A DNA stretch of 64,000 bases from Octopus vulgaris (Eukaryota): contig OX597820.1 of the NCBI GenBank assembly GCA_951406725.2, positions 18,352,001 to 18,416,000 on the forward strand, read 5' to 3'. The notes under the pieces were generated by a model. The model was given only the letters and a program-made list of their open reading frames with translations. It did not search any database and was not told where the DNA came from. Positions 57,024-64,000 of the stretch are shown piece by piece. A program made the position numbers and the translations under genes. Position 1 is the first letter of the stretch; each line of letters begins with the position of its first letter.

Positions 57024-57440
57024 CTCTTTTACTCTTTTACTCTTTTACTTGTTTCAATCATTTGACTGCGGCCATGCTGGAGCACCGCCTTTAGTCGAGC
57101 AAATCGACCCTGGGACTTATTCTTTGTAAGCCCAGTACTTATTCTATCGGTCTCTTTTGCCAAACCGCTAAGTAACGGGGGCGTAAACACACCAGCATCG
57201 GTTGTGAAGCAATGCTAGGGGGACAAACACAGACACATAAACACACACACACATACATACATATAGATATATATACATATATACGACGGGCTTCTTTCAG
57301 TTTCCCCCTACCAAATCCACTCACAAGGCTTTGGTCGGCCCGAGGCTATAGCAGAAGTACTTGCCCAAGATGCCACGCAGTGGGACTGAACCCGGAACCA
57401 TGTGGTTGGTTAGCAAGCTACTTACCACACAGCCACTCCT
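57024..57440 (-). mobile_element. SINE family A inserted in the LINE
   Basis: Young consensus copy splitting the LINE ORF. Confidence 0.9.
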
Positions 57441-58222
57441 ATGAAGAACAAGAAGAAGAAGATGAAGAAACAACAAAAGCTATAAAACAAATGAAATCCA
57501 AACTAAAAATAGAACAGCAACAGGCCATGATAAAACGATGGCAAGAAAAGCCCCTTCATGGCAAATCCTGGGTTAAGCTAAGCGCTAAAGAAATAAACAA
57601 AGCAAAATCCCAACAATGGTTGAGAAGCTCAGGACTCAAAGCAGAGACTGAAGGATTTTTAATTGCAGCACAAGACCAAAGCTTCCCCGCCTGAAATTAT
57701 CAAAAACATGTATTGAAAAGAAACATAGAGATGGACAAGAAACAATAAATCATATTATCTCTGGCTGCCCAGTCCTGGCAAAGAAGGAATATATTCACAG
57801 ACATGACAGAGTTGGGACCTTCATACACTGGAAGCTATGCCAACACTATGGAATCACAACAGAAAAAAAGATGGTATAGGCACACTCCAGAAAAGGTCAC
57901 ACCAGAAAAGGCCACAGAAAATGAGAAAGAAACAATACTATGGAATATGCCAATACACACAGATAGAGAAATTAAAGCCAATAGGCCAGATATAGTTGTC
58001 AGAGATCATGAAGAAAAAAATGCTTTCTAATCGATGTATTAATACCAGCAGATGACAACGTGTCTCTAAAAGAAATGGAGAAACTTTCAAAATACAAAGA
58101 CCTGGAAAAATAGGTAACTAGAATGTGGAATCTAAAAACAGAAACAATTCCTATCATAGTGGACGCATTAGGTATGATAAAAAAAATATTCAGACAAATA
58201 CACCAGGACTTACAAATATATA

Positions 58223-58433
58223 CAGGGGGCGGCAGAAATACCTCCCACATTTTAAACTTCCTCCTAGGTGTTGCTAATGAACTTATGCAAGTGCCAATGA
58301 TGTTTTCATTTAGCTAATGAACAAAAACTGTAACCCTTTGTTTAAACAACAGTAAAATTAATTTTTCATAAATGTTGTTTCTTTTTCCTTTTGTCAACCA
58401 TTCAAATGTGGGAGGTATTTCTGCTGCACCCTG
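58223..58433. mobile_element. Tc1/mariner MITE inserted in the LINE
   Basis: TA|cagggggcggcagaaatacctcccacattt ... aaatgtgggaggtatttctgctgcaccctg|TA. Confidence 0.88.
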
Positions 58434-58591
58434 TATAACATAAAGAAAATAGAACTACTAGGCACCAAATACATCCTATCTAAAATACTTTCAATACAGT
58501 AACCATAAGAGCATCACAACAAACAACAGCACATACCCAAGGTACATAGAGCTGCACTTGGTAGTGCAGGGAAAGCATGTTATAAAAATAA

Positions 58592-58855
58592 ATTTTAAAA
58601 AATAAATGCACCCTTTTAAAGCCTAGCCAGGCTCAATGGCCCGGTTTCCCGGTTTCCATGGCGTATGTGTTCCCCAGCTGGATGGGATGCCAGTCCATCA
58701 CAGCGTTACTCATTTTTGCCAGCTGAGTGGACTGGAGCAATGTGAAATGAAGTGTTTTGCTCAAGTACACAACGCATCGCCCAGTCTAGGAATTAAAACC
58801 ACAATCTTATGATCATGATGCTGACACCCTAACCACTAAACCATGCACCTCCACA
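58592..58855 (-). mobile_element. SINE family E with 12-bp TSD
   Basis: ttataaaaataa at 58580-58591 and 58856-58867. Confidence 0.85.
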
Positions 58856-59220
58856 TTATAAAAATAAGGCTAATGAATAATGATAATAATAAGAAAAATA
58901 ATGATAATAATAATCCTTTCTACTAAAGGCACAAGGCTTGAAATTTTTTGTGGGAGGGGACTAGTCGATTACATCGACCCCAGTGTTTCACTGGTACTTA
59001 ATTTATCGACCCTGGAAGGATGAAAAGCAAAGTCGACCTCGATGGAATTTGAACTCAGAACATAACATTCCATGCTAACTATTGTGTCATCTCCCCATCT
59101 TAATAGTAATCATCATCATCATTGTCGTTTAACATCTGCTTTCCATGCTGGCATGGGTTGGATGGTTTGACCGAGGACTGGCAAGCCAGGAGGCTGCACC
59201 AGGTTCCAATCTGATTCGAC

Positions 59221-59272
<52 letters not shown>

Positions 59273-59428
59273 TCTTTATTGGCCACAAGAACTGGGAAAA
59301 AACATTTAGGGCAAGACGAAGGCAAAGAGCAATAGTGATTTACATGTATGTGTGTGTGTGTATGTGTATATATATATATATATATATGTATGTATATATG
59401 TATGTATGTATGTATGTATATATGTATG

Positions 59429-59531
<103 letters not shown>

Positions 59532-59627
59532 TTTATTTAAAGCAGCAGAAAATTCAACAAAATTACTCTACCACTGGTATTTGAGTACTCTTTTTTCCAC
59601 CTTGTTTCACATTTATGTCTTTACTCC

Positions 59628-59668
<41 letters not shown>

Positions 59669-59679
59669 TTATCTTTCCG

Positions 59680-60062
59680 TTTTTACTTGTTTCAGTCATT
59701 TGACTGTGGCCATGCTGGAGCACCACCTTTAGTCGACCAAATCATGCCCCAGGACTTATTCTTTGTAAGCCTAGTGCTTATTCCAACGATCCCTTTTGTC
59801 AAACCGCTAAGTTATGGAGGACGTAAACACATCAGCATCGGTTGTCAAGCGATGTTGGGGGGGGGGGGGGACAAGCACACACACACAAACACACATACAC
59901 ACACACACATGATGGGTTTCTTTCAGTTTCCATCTACCAAATTCACTCACAAGTCTTTGGTCAGCCCAAGACTATAGTAAAAGACACCTGCCCCAGGTGT
60001 CACACAGTGGGACTGAACCCAGAACCATGTGGTTGGTAAATAAGCTACTTACCACACAGCCA
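59680..60062 (-). mobile_element. SINE family A
   Basis: Consensus match; more minus copies at ~61675-61990 and 62022-62170. Confidence 0.85.
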
Positions 60063-60226
60063 CAAAACAATAATAACTAACAAAAAATTGATCACGAAAA
60101 ATTCTCCCAGATGTTACCAAAGAACTCAATAATCCTTTCTATCAAAAGTATAAGGCCTGAAATTCGGAAGGGAATGGGGCTAGTCGATTACATCGAACTC
60201 TGACTTTGCCATTCAAATATTTCTTC

Positions 60227-60519
60227 AGCATATTCTGTAGTGTCTGGGGAGAGTCATTTTCTTTTTGTGTCTTATAATTTAAAATACTCACCAGTAAAAT
60301 TTCCACTTATTTCATATTTTTATTTTCCTAAAATTTTCGTTGCCTCTTGCAACCTTTACAATTGTCTTTTCAAGTGTCAAGACTATTGAAAAGGTTCCAA
60401 GACACAACGTAAATTTTAGGAAAATAAAAATAAGAACTAAGTGGAAATTTTACCAGTGAGTGTCTTAAATTATAAAGCACAAAAAGAAAATGACACTCCT
60501 GGACACAACAGAATATGCT
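60227..60519. repeat. ~140-bp-arm foldback element inserted in a family D SINE
   Basis: Arms 60227-60368/60379-60519; family D halves at ~60130-60200 and 60581-60650. Confidence 0.8.
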
Positions 60520-61371
60520 TCAACACACGAACTTATATAAAGAATCTTGCAAACCAAATCCAAAATCGAAATGTTTCTTAAGCAGAATTTGAACAAAATA
60601 CTGCTAAGCCTTTTGTCCAGTGTGCTAATAATCCTGCCAGCTCTCCGCCATAAGAACCCAAATAATGATAATACAATAGCTTTTAACCTAGATATACGGC
60701 CAGAAAATTAATGGGACAAGAATTAATGGGATAATTATATTGACTGTAGTAATTATATGGTACCCAGCGTTGTGTTCATCATCATCATCATCGTTTAACG
60801 TCCACTTTCCATGCTAGCATGGGTTGGATGATTTGACTGAGGATTGGCAAACCAGATGGCTGCACCAGGCTCCAATCTGATCTGGCAGAGTTTCTACAGC
60901 TTGATGCCCTTTCTAACACCAACCACTCCAAGAGTGTAGTGGGTGCTTTTATGTGCCACCAGCACAAGGGCCAGTCAGGCGGTACTGGCCACGCTCAAAT
61001 GGTACTTTTTATGTGCCACCTTCACAGGAGCCAGTCCAGTGGCACTGGCAATAACCTTGCTCTAGTACTGTGTGGGGGCCAGCATGTCAAAGAATCGATC
61101 CAACGTTTCTTCTGCATTTCTCTATTTAAGAGATGAGGAATTATTTACATTATTTACATTGTTTACAATTGACGGATATTTGTCCTCGTCTTGTCTGTTG
61201 TTAACACAACGTTTCGGCTGATATACTACACTCTCGGAGTAGTTGGGTGTTAGGGAGGGCATCCAGCTGTAGAAACATTGCCAGATCAGATTGGAGCCTG
61301 GTGTGGCCTCCTGGTTTGCCAGTCTCCCAGTTAATCTGTCCAACCCATGCCGGCATGGAAAACGGACGTTA

Positions 61372-61407
<36 letters not shown>

Positions 61408-61813
61408 TTATGACAGAACATATATTCAATTATAATTAAAAACTAAAACCAAAAAACATCACATGAAAACTTGCTATGAGTTGAATAATTCAAGTTTATC
61501 AAAAATAGAAATGTTTTCAGGCAAATGTTGGAATGTAATTTGCTTATGGGAGTCCAAGCCTATGTCCAAAACTTATAATTGTTCATCAATCAAATCGGAT
61601 AAAACCAATAATGGAAAAGTAATATTTCAAATCGGTCAAAAAATGTTTCTGTGTTTATTCTTTGACTTCCTTATATTTGTTTCAGTAATTTGACTGTGGT
61701 CATGCCGGAGCACCACCTTCAGGGGTTTTATTCAAACAAACGACCCCAGCACTTGTTCTTTGTAAGCCTTGTACATCAAGCGATGGTAGTGGGGAACAAA
61801 CAGAGACACACAA

Positions 61814-61846
<33 letters not shown>

Positions 61847-62563
61847 CATATGATGGGCTTCTTTCAGTTTCCGTCTACTAAATCCGCTCAAAGGGCTTTG
61901 GTCGCCCTGAGGCCATAGTAAAAGACACTTACCCAAGTTGCCATGCAGTGGGACTGAACCTGGAACCACACAGTCCTACAGAGCTGCGCCTGTGCTTACA
62001 TATATATATGTATATATACAAAAGGCTTCTTTCAGTTTCCATCTAGAAAATCCACTCACAAGGCTTTGGTTGGCTTGAGGCTATAGTGGAAGACACTTGC
62101 CCAAGGTGCCATGCAGTGAGACTTAACTTAGGACCATGTGGTAGGGAAGCAAACTTCTTACCACACAGCCAGTTTGGTGATGAAGTTTTTCAAGAAGATG
62201 TTCAAAGTGTTTTCACAGTCTCACCAAAAAGGCTTTAGCGGGTGCACTCGCATCTCCTGCAACCTCATGTTCTTGAGTCTATCTGTTTTTACATCACAGC
62301 AACAATCGAGATTATTTCTAATATACACGAATATAAACTTAGACTTCCAGTATGAGACATTGAAATAAAGGAATACCTCCGCTCTACTTCATCATATTGA
62401 GCACATGACTTAATCTTGAGATTTTTCTATTTTTAAACAAGTACTTACAGCAATACACATACACACACATGCATACATATACATACACACATATACACAT
62501 ATACATACACACACACACATATATACACATGCATACATATACACACATATACATTCTCTGTAT

Positions 62564-62601
<38 letters not shown>

Positions 62602-62652
62602 AATATATATATTTATATATAAATATATACACACATTAATAATATATAAATG

Positions 62653-62771
<119 letters not shown>

Positions 62772-63349
62772 GCACATACATAATAATATATAATATATAT
62801 ATATATACCAAATATATAACAAGCACAACATTTATATGCACATCTTTATAAGTGTATGCTTGTAGCTGCCTACATGCATGTGGGCGTATATATCTATTTG
62901 CTTATCTATCTATATACAAATATATGTGAGTGTGTGTACGTGTGTGTACGTGTGTGTGTATGTGCATGTACGTGTGTGTGTGTTCTTGAACATTAAATAT
63001 CTACAGACAGGAATTCTCTCCCAAACAATGCCAGCTCTATAATTACTGTTCAATTCTGACATGAATATAACTCTTCAGTTGATAAAGCCATAATTTGTAA
63101 CATTCCTTAATGCATAGAGGATAAAAAGAAAATCCTTAAATATAGCTACGACTTAGATTCAAATTCATTCAAAGTTTGAAAGAAACCAAATTTGAAAAGA
63201 ACTATTCTTCTTATTAAAGGAATAGATTCTAATCGGTTCGGCTAAATATCCAATCACATTTACCAAGAAAAAAAAAGAATCGAGTAGGATCATTCTTTTT
63301 GTGCCAATAACACTGCCAAAGAAAGAAATAATGGTGGCATATATACACA

Positions 63350-63790
<441 letters not shown>

Positions 63791-64000
63791 ATGGCAGTGT
63801 CTTTTTTTTTTTTCTTTCTCTCTAATAACCACATAAGGCCAATTTTGTGCCAGATGATAATAAATCTAAGCGTTAACTACTCAACAAGCTACAACACATT
63901 GGCCAGATCAGAAAAATTGCTGTGTCTTGTTCATTTTGCATCTGTACAAGTTTTGTCACCAGTCCAAGAATCAGACAGATAGTCATTAGCTGGACCGGGC

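Larger units (their letters stand above)
56025..58591 (+). mobile_element. 5'-truncated, decayed R4/Dong-clade non-LTR retrotransposon (RT + CCHC + restriction-like endonuclease)
   Basis: KAFDSIP, RRGIFQGDTLSPLLFCLAL, HLLYMDDLKLYA, KAETEGFLIAAQDQ, ETINHIISGCPVLAKKEYIHRHD, ILWNMPIHTDREIKANRPDIVV, KYKDL; contains stops and frameshifts; flanked by TAA-rich repeats. Confidence 0.88.

Noticed and set aside
62225-62290. Possible 58-nt minus-strand exon (aacag|...ttg|gtgaga)
   Set aside because: Poor acceptor, no recognisable protein similarity and no partner exons

Overview
AT-rich, microsatellite-saturated animal DNA, intergenic or intronic. The SINE repertoire looks like that of an octopus or other coleoid cephalopod; this is recognition from memory, not a database result. 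No intact host gene is supportable, and nearly all listed ORFs are (TA)n/(CA)n/(ATC)n translation artefacts. The window is a mosaic of at least five tRNA- or RTE-related SINE families, a decayed R4/Dong-type RLE LINE sitting in TAA repeats (56.0-58.6 kb), Tc1 and hAT transposase remnants, mariner/hAT/piggyBac-like MITEs, Helitron-type elements and a Penelope-like GIY-YIG remnant. The signal most worth following is non-coding. About 14 minimal type I hammerhead ribozyme (HHR) motifs, from roughly 11 different small repeats, lie mostly next to (TA)n tracts. Almost all have a palindromic, nearly loop-less stem III, and they are often embedded in inverted or terminally redundant repeats. One has a fully intact core (1041-1103) inside a 565-bp terminally redundant non-coding unit. 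Two carry the compensatory U3-A8 core (UUGAAAA). This resembles a diverse Penelope-associated or retrozyme-like population of self-cleaving RNA retroelements. An ~1.5-kb noisy tandem duplication (8.9-11.8 kb) is probably an assembly artefact. All folds and alignments were done by eye.
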